A program made the position numbers and the translations under genes. A stretch of DNA of 64,000 bases from the NCBI GenBank assembly GCA_051294375.1, contig CM119268.1:13353437-13417436 (forward strand), written 5' to 3'. The notes below the pieces were generated by a model. The model saw only the letters and a program-made list of their open reading frames with translations. It was not told the DNA's origin and ran no database searches. Origin of the DNA: Paraspadella gotoi. Taxonomy: Eukaryota; Animalia; Chaetognatha. Shown one piece after another: positions 1 through 12,900 of the stretch (positions are counted from its first letter, which is position 1; each line of letters starts with the position of its first letter).

Positions 1-467
1 GAGAGAGAGAGTGCGCAAGTCACGTGGCAGTCAGTAAAGAAGGGTAAGGTCGAGGTCACGTGACAACGAGTGCCCCTTTTTGTTCTTTTGTTCGGGTCAG
101 CGCAGAGAATTCAGAAAGAAGGTTCCGAAAATTAGAGGGTAAGTTTTGGGAAAAATAGGGGTTAGGCTTGTGAAGGTCGGGGGTAAGGCATCGTTCGTCG
201 ATTCCCCGATGTGCGGGTCACGTTGTTGTTGTTGTGGGTCATCGAGAGAAACATCGATCGGCGTTCACGTGACCCTGAGAGCGATCTCTTTTTCATGTTC
301 TCGGCGGAAGAACACAACTTATTATGTTTTAATTATTGGGAAAGTTTTGTTAATTATTGAATAGATGCTGAAAAATTCTCTGTGTGAAAATACAACGATT
401 GTCAAACAAGGTTTGCACACTTTATTCAGACGCTACGATTCAAAACCAGCTTTCGAATATCCTCGCG

Positions 468-629
468 NNNNNNNNNNNNNNNNNNNNNNNNNNNNNNNNN
501 NNNNNNNNNNNNNNNNNNNNNNNNNNNNNNNNNNNNNNNNNNNNNNNNNNNNNNNNNNNNNNNNNNNNNNNNNNNNNNNNNNNNNNNNNNNNNNNNNNNN
601 NNNNNNNNNNNNNNNNNNNNNNNNNNNNN
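468..629. other. Assembly gap
   Basis: Run of N; further gaps at 31776-31785 and 57647-57671. Confidence 0.99.
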
Positions 630-830
630 TTTTTTTTTTTTGAATGAAGAGAGCGAGAGAAAGGGAGACAAGAGCTAGATAGAGATAGAGTTCTTTTAAG
701 TTCTCGTATTTGTTCTCTGGCAGCGAAAAAAGGGGTGAATATTCGCTGGATCTAGAAATTCGTGATATATTTTTTTTCACAATTTTTTTTTTTTTTTGCG
801 GAGGTGCGAAACCTCGCGGCCTCGGGCGGA

Positions 831-883
<53 letters not shown>

Positions 884-1696
884 GGTAAGGTGGGGTTCGA
901 TCGAGAAGGCGAGGTCGGCGGCGGGAAGAGGGAAAAAGGTTGTGGGGTGAAAGAGGTCAAGGGATGTGAAGGATAGACGCGCAATGTTCCAGCAGAGAGT
1001 GAAGTGGCAAAGATAGTGAAGAGTGAAAAAGGATGAGCGACGAGGGTAAGAGAAGAGCGAAACGCAGGTGTGAAGGAAGCTTTCATCTCACGCTGGCGGC
1101 GGCGGCGGCGGCGGCGTGAAAGGCGTACATCACAACGCCCGTTTTATTAGAAAACTTTTTCTTCTCCATAAGGGGGGGGGTGAGAAATTGGTGGAGTGAG
1201 GGAGTGGGACCGTGGAGATATCGAGATCTTGGAAAATTCATGCACGGACGAATGGATTTCTCTCTCGTTCGATAAAAAATCTCTCATCTTTGGAAACCAA
1301 CGAATCTGAGATTAAAAGCTAAAAATCTAATTCTATTTTCTTCTAGCGGTTTTTCTTTCTTTTTCTTATTTTTTTTGTTTGTAATTCGCGCGCCTTCGTT
1401 GCGATCAAAGGAGAGATTTTAACGGCCTTCGGAGAGGAAAACCTCGTGTTTTGAATCCGAAAACGAAAACAACCAAACGAAACGATACTAAAATAAACTT
1501 CTTTTTTTTTCTGTTTTGTTTTGTTTTCGATCCGTCGAACGGATAAATAAAAAAAAATGGTGATGGTGAATTTATGTGAAAAATGTGTGAAAAATCGAGG
1601 CGCGTGAAAAAGTTTGGATTCGAACGATGATGAGGCCAACGTTAGTGAGAAAAAAAAACCTGACAAATGATGGCGGATCGCGTGAATCTAGCCTTT

Positions 1697-1743
<47 letters not shown>

Positions 1744-3484
1744 GCGGGCGTCAATTAGTAGGTGGTAAAAGAACGAGGGCGAATTTGTTTGATGAAGTTT
1801 TCCTTGCTTCTTTTTTGAGGAGAGAAAAAGAGAAATTCCGCGAAAATTCAAATTATTATCTCTGATCGAAAATGTAGATTTTTATAACTAGGTAATTAAA
1901 AGTATGAAGACAGGAAAAAAACGGAATGAAAATGAAAATTAACAAATGAGCAACAAATTACGCAACAGGACCCAGTGACACAGAAACTGCGCTGCTAAAT
2001 TCTATTTTTAGATCAATAATTTCAGCCTTCGCGTTCATTTACCTCCTTTCGCCCTCACAAAAAAGTCTGAAGAATTAATTTTCATCGCACCCTTTCTTTC
2101 TTTTTTTACTTTTTTCCCTTTTTTTCCTTTCTTCCTTACTTCCTTTTTTTCCTTTCTTCCTTTTTTCCTTATTCTTTTTTCTGAACCGGGTCTGGGGGAA
2201 TAATCATCTCGTCAAAATTAGTCCCTTTTCTCGCATCTTTATATTTCGATTATTTACAATTTTCACGAGAACATAAAAAAAATATTTAGTTTCTTTTTTT
2301 TGTGCTGGCTCCGTATTTCTTTTACACCTCAGACCACATGTTCGCCAGGAATTTCGCTTTCTTAGGATTTCTTCCTTTTCTCTCTTTCTTTTTTTTTTCC
2401 TGCCATCTTCTTTCTTCTACAGTTTATCTTCACCGGGGATATTTTCTTCATCGATCTCAGTTCTTAATCTTCTCCGGGGTCCAGAGTAAACCTTTGCCCT
2501 CGATTTACTTTTCCCCCGAATTTACTTCTCGCACCCTTTTCTCCCACCGTCTCGAAGTAACGCACAAGAAATATCGCCTTTCTTCCATCGATGACCCCCC
2601 CCCTCGCTCTCTCCACTCGTTTCTCTTATTTTCCTTTCTTCCTTTCCTTTCTTTTTCTCCCCCTTGCTCCCTTCCCGGTCCTACTTTCGAACGACATTAT
2701 TGAAAAAAAAGTGTTATTTTTCTCTCGCAGCTTATAACTTAAAAAGACTTTTACAGATTTACCTCGTCACAAAAAAAAAAAACAAAAAAAAACCGTGATC
2801 CAGTTCCTCTTCCTCTTCCTTTCCCTTATAACAACTACATATTCCTCTTCTTCCTTCCTCCTCTCATAAACGAATCGCGCCCAGCTTTTCCTCTGTCCAA
2901 ATCGAAACCTTTTTATGGTACAAAGTCTACAAATAGGGGGAGCCTAACTCAGTAAGGTGGTTAAGAAATTTGAATTAAGCACCTGCTCAAACAAAATTTT
3001 AAACATTTTTTAAAAAATTTGAATAAACAAAAGTATTATTCTTTTTTCGATATTTTGATCATAAGTGGGTGAAAAATATGAAAAACTATTTATAATCATC
3101 ATCATCTTTCAATAATTTTATTATTTTTTCTTAATTTTTACCAAGAAAAAATAAAAATTTTTGAAAGTTGTAGTTATATTTTTTATTTAGCTTTTTATGC
3201 TCAATCCATCAAAAACGTTAAGATTGATTAATAAATTTTTGTATCATTATATAGTAATGTTGTAATTTTGATAGCAACAATAAAAGCATTAAAATCGAAC
3301 TTTTTTAAAAAATTCTTTTTTTACCTGAAAGTAGACTTCAAAACTGAAGTTTTGAACCCCCGCCCCTATTGAATTTAATATCAATAGTAGATTTCTACTA
3401 CAATCTTCTTTCCTTTGAAATTTTTTTCCACGAAACATTTGTTTATTTTTTCTTTCATTCTGTCTTCTCTCCTTTTTTTTCTTA

Positions 3485-3485
<1 letters not shown>

Positions 3486-3562
<77 letters not shown>
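3486..3562. repeat. (TTTC)n microsatellite
   Basis: Direct reading of the sequence. Confidence 0.95.
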
Positions 3563-3563
<1 letters not shown>

Positions 3564-3823
3564 TTTTTTCTTTTTTTTCTTTCTGTTTGGTAGCTTTCTT
3601 TTTTTATATGACCGATCTAACTACAAATCTGCTCCTATTTCTGTCTTTAATTCAACAGTAGTTCTCCGAAACTACGTAAATTTAAATCTGTGTGTTTGCG
3701 AAATCTTTGTGAAAAAAAAGGGATTTGACAAAAATAGTAAACTCTAAATTTGGATAGGCACTGGATAACCGAGAGATAGAGTGTCAGCTAGAGACAGAGA
3801 GAGAGAGAATGAGAGAGAGAGAG

Positions 3824-3861
<38 letters not shown>

Positions 3862-4355
3862 GGCAGGTGAAGACAGTTTAAACGCTTGAAAACTTCACTG
3901 GTAATTCGAGTGGATTAGAAGATTATTTCAGCGTAAATTAAAAAGGAATTAGAGCATTCCTAACATTTTCTTCTTAAAGTGATAAAAAGGTTAAGCTGTG
4001 CCAGCAATTGGTCCCAGTTAATTTTACACGCGTCCTCCGACTCAGACATTTATTGATCGTTTTTATGCGGGTGGCTATTGTAAATTTGTTACTCCGTGAT
4101 GATCGAAAGATTAGTTACAAATAAGTATACGCTGCGTAGAATTGATATTATTTATACTATTTCGGCTAATTCCTTACAACAGATCAATTTTCTTTCACCA
4201 AAATATTTTGAGGGGTTCGTCTCGTGACGCGGAATCGTGACAAATTCATAGAACCCAAAAAAAAAAAAAATTAAAAAACTAAAATAAAAAAAATTAAAAT
4301 CTAAAAAAAGTTGAGGTTAAAAATCGCGATCGAAACCTTTTTTCTCTTTTTTTTT

Positions 4356-4389
<34 letters not shown>

Positions 4390-4399
4390 GTCTTCCTCT

Positions 4400-4503
<104 letters not shown>

Positions 4504-4694
4504 ATCTCTCGCCTTTTTGAAAAGTGATATTAGCTTTTTGGGATTTTCTAACAGGCGAATCGTTATGTGGGATGAGATGATGGAGGTGAGGTGAGGTGGG
4601 GACGAAAGTGGTTGGGTGGGTGGCGTTTGTTTGAAGGAGAAAAAAAGGCTCCTTTGATACCCCTTCTCTTCGACCCGTGCGAGAGTGAAAAGAT

Positions 4695-4742
<48 letters not shown>

Positions 4743-5404
4743 GAGAGAGAAGAGAGAGAGAGAGTAAACGAGCTTCTCGGATCGATTCCGTGGCCTCAAT
4801 CAAATTTTTTTACCCCCTTTTTTTCACTTTCAACCCTTCTTCCCCGTTTTTCTGAACCTCACAATCTCAATTACTCTCTGGAGCGCACGATCGATCCGCT
4901 GGTTCGACATCTTCGACTGAGCGCTCGCCACGGAAAAGCCTTATCTTTAAAACCTAAAATTAAATCATTCAGTGCTCAGGGAATAAATAATTAGATTATG
5001 AATATAAATAATTAAAATCGTTGTTGAAACTGAAATTTTTTTTTTTCGATTTAATTACAAAACACGAAGAGAAAGTCTAAAACACAATGAATATAAATTT
5101 TTGTTATATATTTTAATCTCATTAACCATAAAGTAACACTTTATAACTGCACATGGTTTCAAAAGTTTAAGGCGTTTGAACGAAGAATTCGGGATATTTT
5201 CCTGGCACACGATCCGTTGCGAACCCCAATTAACGCGCTCAACTCTTCCCCCCCCTCGGATATTCGCGGGCCGATGGATGCGTTCGTTTCTATAGACGGC
5301 AAAAACCTGAAAAAAAAAATGAAAAGGCTTCGTTGGTGCGTCGGAGCTGCGCAGAGAGAGATAGAGAGAGAGAGAGAGGAGAGAGAGGAAGAAGGAGAGA
5401 GAGA

Positions 5405-5456
<52 letters not shown>

Positions 5457-6673
5457 AAGGAGAATTCATAGCGCCATAATCCGCCCTTGTTTGAGTCACG
5501 ACTCGGAAAACGAAAGGACGACGACGACAAAAAAAATAAAACAACAACAACAACAACAACAACAACTGCAGGAGAAGTCGAATCCGCCAAACGATAGTAA
5601 TTACTCTACCAGCAGTATACTATTAAGAGGGCGGCGAAAAATTCGAACCATTTAAATGACAATGATAATCATGATAATAATAATAGGAGTTAATCTTTCT
5701 TCACTTTCCTTTTGTTTTAACAGATCGGAAAGAATTAGTAAGAAAAGGAACAACCAGTGGCTGCGCCAATGCATGTACATGTACAACATGCATCATTTAG
5801 GATTAAAAACACTGAAGAAAAGGTTATGTCTGATTCTTTCTTGCCCTCTAATATTTTGCTACTGATTATTTTTATATTTGGTTAAAGGTAAATTGTTTTA
5901 ACTCTGCACAAACTACGGACAAAATCAATTTCTATAGGTTTTTTGGAAATATTAATCGCTTTTAATCTGCTCATAATAAAACTTATAAACTTGTACAACT
6001 TATATTTTTTTTTATAAGTCCCACATTGAACTCTTTGGACGGGTATCATTTCGAACATGTTAAGGTAATGAGGTAATTGAATAAAAAAAAGGGTGTTGAT
6101 TATAAAAGAAAAAATATTAATAACTTTTAAATAGAATATGCTTGAATAGCATAGTCACTATCAGTTTGCAGAGCTTATTAAAACTAAAACAGACAAAAAT
6201 TTGCTATTTTGTCTAAAGCGATACAAGTGAAGACCTAGTGGGTGCAGACAGAAGAGCAAATTTCTATAGAAAGTAAAGGGAAAATGCTCATAGTAGAGAA
6301 AGTAAAAAACAAATCCTTAAAATAAATAAAAGTTAAATAAATAGAAAAAAAAGTTTGAAAAAAAAATGTACAATTTTTGAGGGGTAAGTAAATCGCTAAA
6401 GCGATTTACAAAAAAAAAATCTGTTGAATAAAAAAATTTCGTTGTTTATAAATTATTGATTTCGTTGATTAAGTTTCTTTCCCGCTATTTTAAAAAACGT
6501 TCATTACGCTTCGTCGTACATATTTTATTTTCTTCACTTAGACTTAGTTCATCCTTTATTTCGAGAATCTTATTGTTCAATTAATGTTAAATTTAAATTC
6601 TCAATTGCCTTTCCACTATGTTCACGATTAAATTTTATTGTTCTCCATTCATATCCTGGTAGATGCAGTAACT

Positions 6674-6770
6674 TTCATCGTTCATCCTTCAATTCTCCTC
6701 TTCAATCGCTTAACGTTCATCGTTCATCCTTCAATTCTCCTCTTCAATCGCCTAACGTTCATCGTTCATC
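6674..6770. repeat. Tandem repeat, 42 bp x 2.3
   Basis: TTCATCGTTCATCCTTCAATTCTCCTCTTCAATCGCYTAACG at 6674 and 6716, partial at 6758. Confidence 0.9.
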
Positions 6771-6908
6771 TTTCGCTCTAGATGAGTTCGATCACTGACG
6801 TCGTTTCTTGAGCCCTCGACTTTTCTTCGAGGAGCCCATAAAAATATCACAGAGCGTTCACTATCTCTCTCTCTCTCCAACAATGTTCAGTACTATTTCG
6901 ACCCATAT

Positions 6909-6993
<85 letters not shown>

Positions 6994-8826
6994 TTCTAGA
7001 GAAGAAACCTTCTCTCGACGGAGAGAAAAACTTAAAACATTTTTTTTTTTCGTTTAGCCTTTCCTCTTCTTCATTTCCTCATCCTCCTCCTACGGCCCGT
7101 CCTCCTCCTGTTCCTCCTCTTCCTCCTCCTCGAACCGCGACAAACGAGCTTGTGAGAGAGAGCGAGAGCGAGAGAGAGACAGAGAGATTCGATACCTGCG
7201 TCTCTCACAACAGAATCAACGACGATGAAGAAAGGTCGATCGACGATTTCGTCGATCTCGCGATTCGTAAACAAAAACATGGATGAAACAAAAAAACGAC
7301 TCAAAAAATAAGCAAAACAACGAGAGAAAAAAATATATATCGTATTATTTATTACTCCGATTTTTGTCAACGAAAAAAAAACAAAAAAAAACCCACCCGC
7401 CCTTTTGGATTAAAGAGAATTTGAAAAAAAAAATGAGAAAAATAAAAACGGAATAACGGGTTTACGACGAAAGGAAAAAAAAAAAGGAAATCCTTTCAAA
7501 CTTCGCGCGGAATTCGTAAATTTGTGTGAAAAAAAAATGGTGAATTTGTGGCGTGAATGTGATCGATGAAAGGCGAAGAATAAAAAGAAAAGAATAAAAA
7601 CACCGCGCTCTCTCTCTCTCTCTCGGCTCCAAATAAAAAAGTCATTTCGGAGATTAGAAAATTGTTTTTCCTTCACCCTCTCAATCTCCGGCGGTCTTTC
7701 TATTTAAGGTCGTCGCCTTCTTTAGGACTCGAACTCGGGGACGGACGACGACTCCGAAAACGAGGAATATTACTCTAAAAATAGAAATAAAACGATATCG
7801 AAGAGAAAGTAGTACACTCTTTCTACTCCCCCCTCTCTCTTTTCTACGTCGATTGCGTCGCGCGGAAAAAAAAATGCGTCATTGAAAAGGAAAAAGAAAT
7901 AAAAATCATTCCTTCTCAAATCTCTGGCAAATAAGACGACGACGAGGACGACGACGACGAGCCAAGAACGACAAGCTTTTTCGCAGAACTATTTTTAAAA
8001 AAAAATAACGTACATAACTTGAAAATCCCGTCGAAGCATTTGGAAAGAAAAAAAAAATTAAAATATTTGTTGGAAAGAAATAAAGAACTTATTCACTCTT
8101 TGGCTTTCTTTTCTGTTTTAACAAAAAAAAAAAAAGAAAAAGAAAGACAAAATATCTCTCGAAAAACTTAAAGAAAGAGAGAGAGAGAGAGAGGGAGAGG
8201 GAGAGAGTAGAAGAATCTTTTCTTCTTCTGTCTAAACTGCGTTGCTTCGAATTTAAATTAAAGAGAGAAGAGAGAGAAAAAAAAACTTAAAAAAAAAAGA
8301 ATAAGATCGATTGAACTCCTTCTGGTTTCGAAGAAGAAGAAGAAAAATAAGTAACCTTCGCCTCATGTGATTCGTTTTTCGAAACTGAAATTAAAAAAAA
8401 AAAAGAATTAAAGGAGAAAAATAAAGAAAAAAAAGCGAGAAAAGAAAAGAAAAAAGGATCGATTTCTCTCGATCTCAAAGTCTTTTACTCTCTGCCCCCT
8501 CCCCTTCATCCAAAACGAAAAAAAAACGAAAAAATCTTGGCGAATCAAATGAAAAGACGCCGACTGTTTTTAGCGAAACACTCAACGAACGTAACGACGA
8601 AACGGTAAACAAGAGAACGACAACAAATAACAACAACGACTACGCCTCGTTCTCATCTCATTCCTCTCATCGCCCCCTCCCCCCCTTTTTTTCCCCCTTC
8701 TCGAACTCTCGAGAGACAAGACTCATTACTCCCCCCCTTTCCCCAACTCCATCTTAAAAACCTCATCGCTCTCCCACTCCCTCTCTATCTCTCTCCAAGA
8801 ACTCCCGACCCGGGTTTGAAAAAACA

Positions 8827-9894
8827 ATGGATGCCTCGGGAGAATCGATTTTCGCCCTGGAGATGAGAGAAGAGAGACTCGACCGGCTCGAGGATGCGGA
8901 GGATGAGCGTGGAGAGCTCCGGAGTCGTATTCCTCAGCAACAGCAGCGGCCGGAGCAGCAACGACAACAACAACAAAAGCCAGTAGGATTATCCGCCCTC
9001 TCGCTGACTTATCTCGATTGGCGGTCTAAGACTTCCTGTTCGTGCCTTCCGTCGAGTTGGAGGCGTCGACGCCGGAGCGGCTCGTCCACTGTCGCTTTCG
9101 AATCCACCCCCAAAGACCACGACGACGACTACATATTCGCGACGCCGCGTCGACGGTCCTCCGTAGCGCCGCTCTTCGGTATCGAGGGCCTCTACTCGCG
9201 GGACGACGATCCCCCCTCTCCTCGAAAGCGTTCCCGGCGTCCGACTTCGCGCATGCGGACGACCGATTGGAGTCTCCACCCCAGCAACTTTCTTATCCTG
9301 TGCCTCCTCCTCTCGCTGTTGCCCCCGCTCGTCGTCGTCTCCGCAGCGCAGGAACACGGAGCCGCGCCCTCTTCCTCCCTCTCCCCCTCCTCCTCCGCCT
9401 CCTCGCCTTCCACCACTCCCCCCGCCGGCGCGGAGCCGCGCATCAAGGGCCGTTACCGCCCCGTATGGCGCGTGCCTCTCGGGCAGCGCGTCAAGTTACG
9501 ATGCCCCGTGTCCGGAGACCCGAAGCCCTTTACCGAGTGGTCCATCAACGGGACTCAAGTGTCGACTGCGGACAAGCGACTCGGGCCGAGGCTGCAGATA
9601 AATCGGTGAGGAGACGTGAGATGGAGGAAAGACTCATGGGGTGGAATGGGATGTATGTAAAACTGTTGTTAGTGATTATAATGAGAAATTATACGAGAGA
9701 GAGAGAGAAAGAGAGAGAGAGAAAGAGAGAGAGAGAAGAACGGCCGATGGTCCATCGCATAGACTTTCGAGATATTAGGCGGGCCAAATCCTCGCAGTTT
9801 CAACTTTTAAACCCTACGGCGGGCTTCGCTGGGGTTCTCATTCCCGGAATATCCCTATCTCAATTTATGACAGGGATGAAAAAATGGCCCATTT

Positions 9895-9925
<31 letters not shown>

Positions 9926-12900
9926 TTAACGTTCCTTGTTTTTTGGGTTTTAAGGTATCGCAATGGTGATAATAATGAAGGTTTAAATTTTTATTTGCTT
10001 TCTTTTGTAATATTTTTAATCACTACAGAAATATTAAAGACAGAAAAAGTAAAAAAATTGTAGCATAAATCGTAGCGGGGACGGCGTAATACTCGAGACT
10101 TTCATAAGACTCTCGGCAACTCATACATGACTTTCTCTCACGAAGACGATTTAATTGACCCTCCCCGCCTTCCCTCTCCAACTCCCTCCACCCTTTCAGA
10201 TTCTCCTTGATCATCGACTCGGTTCACCGACGCGACGCCGGCGAATACCGCGTCGTCGCCTCCAACCAATTCGGCGCCGTCCACTGCAACTTCACGCTGA
10301 CGGTCACGGACGACCTCGCCGCCGACGCGCCGCACATCCCGCAGTTCTTGGATTATGACTACCAAGACTTTGACGGACCCGTTTGTCCGGGAAAGGGCTT
10401 CCTCACCCCGGGTCCGCCTTGCTTCACCAATCCGGACAGGTGAGAGAGAATCCTTTTGATTTTTTTTTTGGCGGGAATCTGTGGACCGACCGACTCTACT
10501 CTCTTCTTTGTGCCACGTCGTTAAATCGAGTATTTCTCAAAGTGGTCGACGTTTGTCGTTCCAAAGTGTAACCCGTAAATCAGTGGTTTCGAAAAATAAA
10601 GTCGCTCTTTAAATTTAACAAAAAAAAAATCGTTTATATTTTAGTCTCTCTCTCGTTCTTTATCTTTCGGCACTGATTGGCACTTTATTTGCTATTTCGA
10701 CGTTTGATTGAAATATTTGTTAAACTAACTCGTTTTTGCCAACGAATTTGGGGGGGGGTGTGGGGGTTTTGGAAAAGTGGCGTAATTAACAATACGGGTT
10801 TGACGGCGGGAGGAAGTTTTTTTTCACATTTAATCATGAGTCAATGACTTTTTCGTAGATAATGCGAGGGATCGCTTAATTACATGTAATTGAACTTGGG
10901 GAATGATTGAATGATGGAATTAATGAATAAATTAATGAAGCCGGAGAAACAAGTGACGCAGAATGAGTGGGGAAATTAAAAAAAATAGTGATAAATAAAT
11001 AAAAGAAATAAATAAAGAAGAAAGAAGAAAGAAAGAAAGAAAAGAAGAAAGAAAGAAAAGAAAGAAAGAGAAGAAAAGAAAGAAAGAAGAAAGAAAGAAA
11101 AGAAAGAAAGAAAAGAAAGAAAGAAAGAAGAAAGAAAGAAGTAAGCAAAGCGAGCTAAAAAACAAAACTGTTCTCTCCGACCGACCACCGACCGACCGAC
11201 CGACCGACCCAACCGAACCACAGCACATCCGACCGACCGACCAACTCGACCGACTCGACCCCAAAAAGCTCCGCGTCCTAAATTCCTTTCTCCCCCTCTC
11301 CATCTTCCAGGATGAAGATCAAGTTGCAAGTCATGCCGGCGGGCAACACTCTGTCGCTCCGATGCCCGGCGGCGGGCAACCCGACTCCCTCCATCACGTG
11401 GTTCAAGATGCTGGAGTCCTCGCCGGACAACTTCGAGGAGGCGGAGGAGTTGTCCAAGGACAAATACGGGTTCAGGTGAGGCAGGGGCGATTTAAGGATG
11501 TGGGGGTGAGAGGAGGTGAGGTGATTGGAGTCATTTTGAGTCGGTGATTCGCGGGTGAATTTGAAGATGAGTAGAATTTGGAGGGTTGGTCCTTAAAGGG
11601 TGTTCTCAATAACAAATGGAGGTGTAAATACTTCCCTTTTAAAAGTTATGGTTGGCGTTCATGGCAATGATAGAAGCAAAGGATACCTAATTACCTATCA
11701 TTAAAGAACTTAAGAACCTAAGAACGTGAAAACATATAACAATTAACCATTGACTTTCTCTTTTATCTGCTCCCTCGCCCCATCCAGAATCAGCCATAGA
11801 AAGTGGAACCTCCACATTAAGGAACTTACTCCCGGCGACGACGGGAAATACACCTGCGTCATCAAGAACAAATTCGGCACCGTCAACTACACCTACATCG
11901 TGGAGGTGCTGGAGAGGATCCGTCACCGGCCCATCCTCCAGCCGGGACTGCCCAAGAACCTCACCGTTTACGAGGGAGACGACGCCGAGTTCGAGTGCGT
12001 CCTCATCTCGGATCTGCAGCCTCATCTCCAGTGGTTGAAGCATTATCAGGTGGGTTTATCTAGTGGGCGGGACGTTCGGAGGTAAGAGGCCAATGATACG
12101 TTTTTGAAGTATTGAAAAGATTAAATATTATCTTCGGCAATTAAATATTAACTGACAATCACTTAAATCACCTTCCGCAACCCCACTAATCATGTAAATC
12201 CACTTTTCGTTTCCCTCAGGTCAACGGGAGTTGGACCGAGGAATCCGGCAAGTTCTACGTGAAGCGCATCGACAACGCCGACTTGACCAACATGTCGGCC
12301 GTGGAGGATCCCGGCCACCTCGTCCTTCGCAACATCACCCTCGAAGACGCCGGACGCTACACCTGCATCGCCGGCAACTCGATCGGCATCTCCCACCGCA
12401 GCGCCTGGCTGCACGTGCTGAGTCGAGACTCGAGGACGGAGGGCCAGCTGGTCGAGCCGCCCGGCTACGCGGTTCTCTACGACGGATCCGCCACCTGCAT
12501 CGTCATCTGGGTTCTGCTCGTTTCCCTCATGCTCCTTATCTTTGTGGGGATCGTCGTCAAGTACAAGAGGCAACAACAGGTGAGAGATGATAAATCAATC
12601 AATCAATCAGTTAATGAGTCAATAAATTAATTAATATCTAAATCAATCAGTTAAACAAACTAAAAATCAATCCATCAATCAACCGGATGATTTACTTCTA
12701 ACCCGCCCTCCCTATTTCTAGCGACGAATGAAAGAGAGTAACCTCCAAGGCGACGTCCTCAACGGCCTCCATCCGATCCAGAAGAAAAAGATGCCCAACA
12801 TGCGGACCAACATCCTTTACCACAGCTACTTTGACAAGGGCGGGCTGGACGGCTCCCTGCACCACCACCCAAACGGTCAGAGCCACCCGTTCCAAGGCAC

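Noticed and set aside
5724-5822. Possible upstream non-coding FGFR exon (ttaacag| ... AG|GTTATG)
   Set aside because: Splice signals only, with a weak donor; cannot be linked to FGFR without transcript data.
10570-10620. miR-100-like 5' sequence AACCCGTAAATC in FGFR intron 2
   Set aside because: The match ends after 12 nt and the seed side has no complementary arm.
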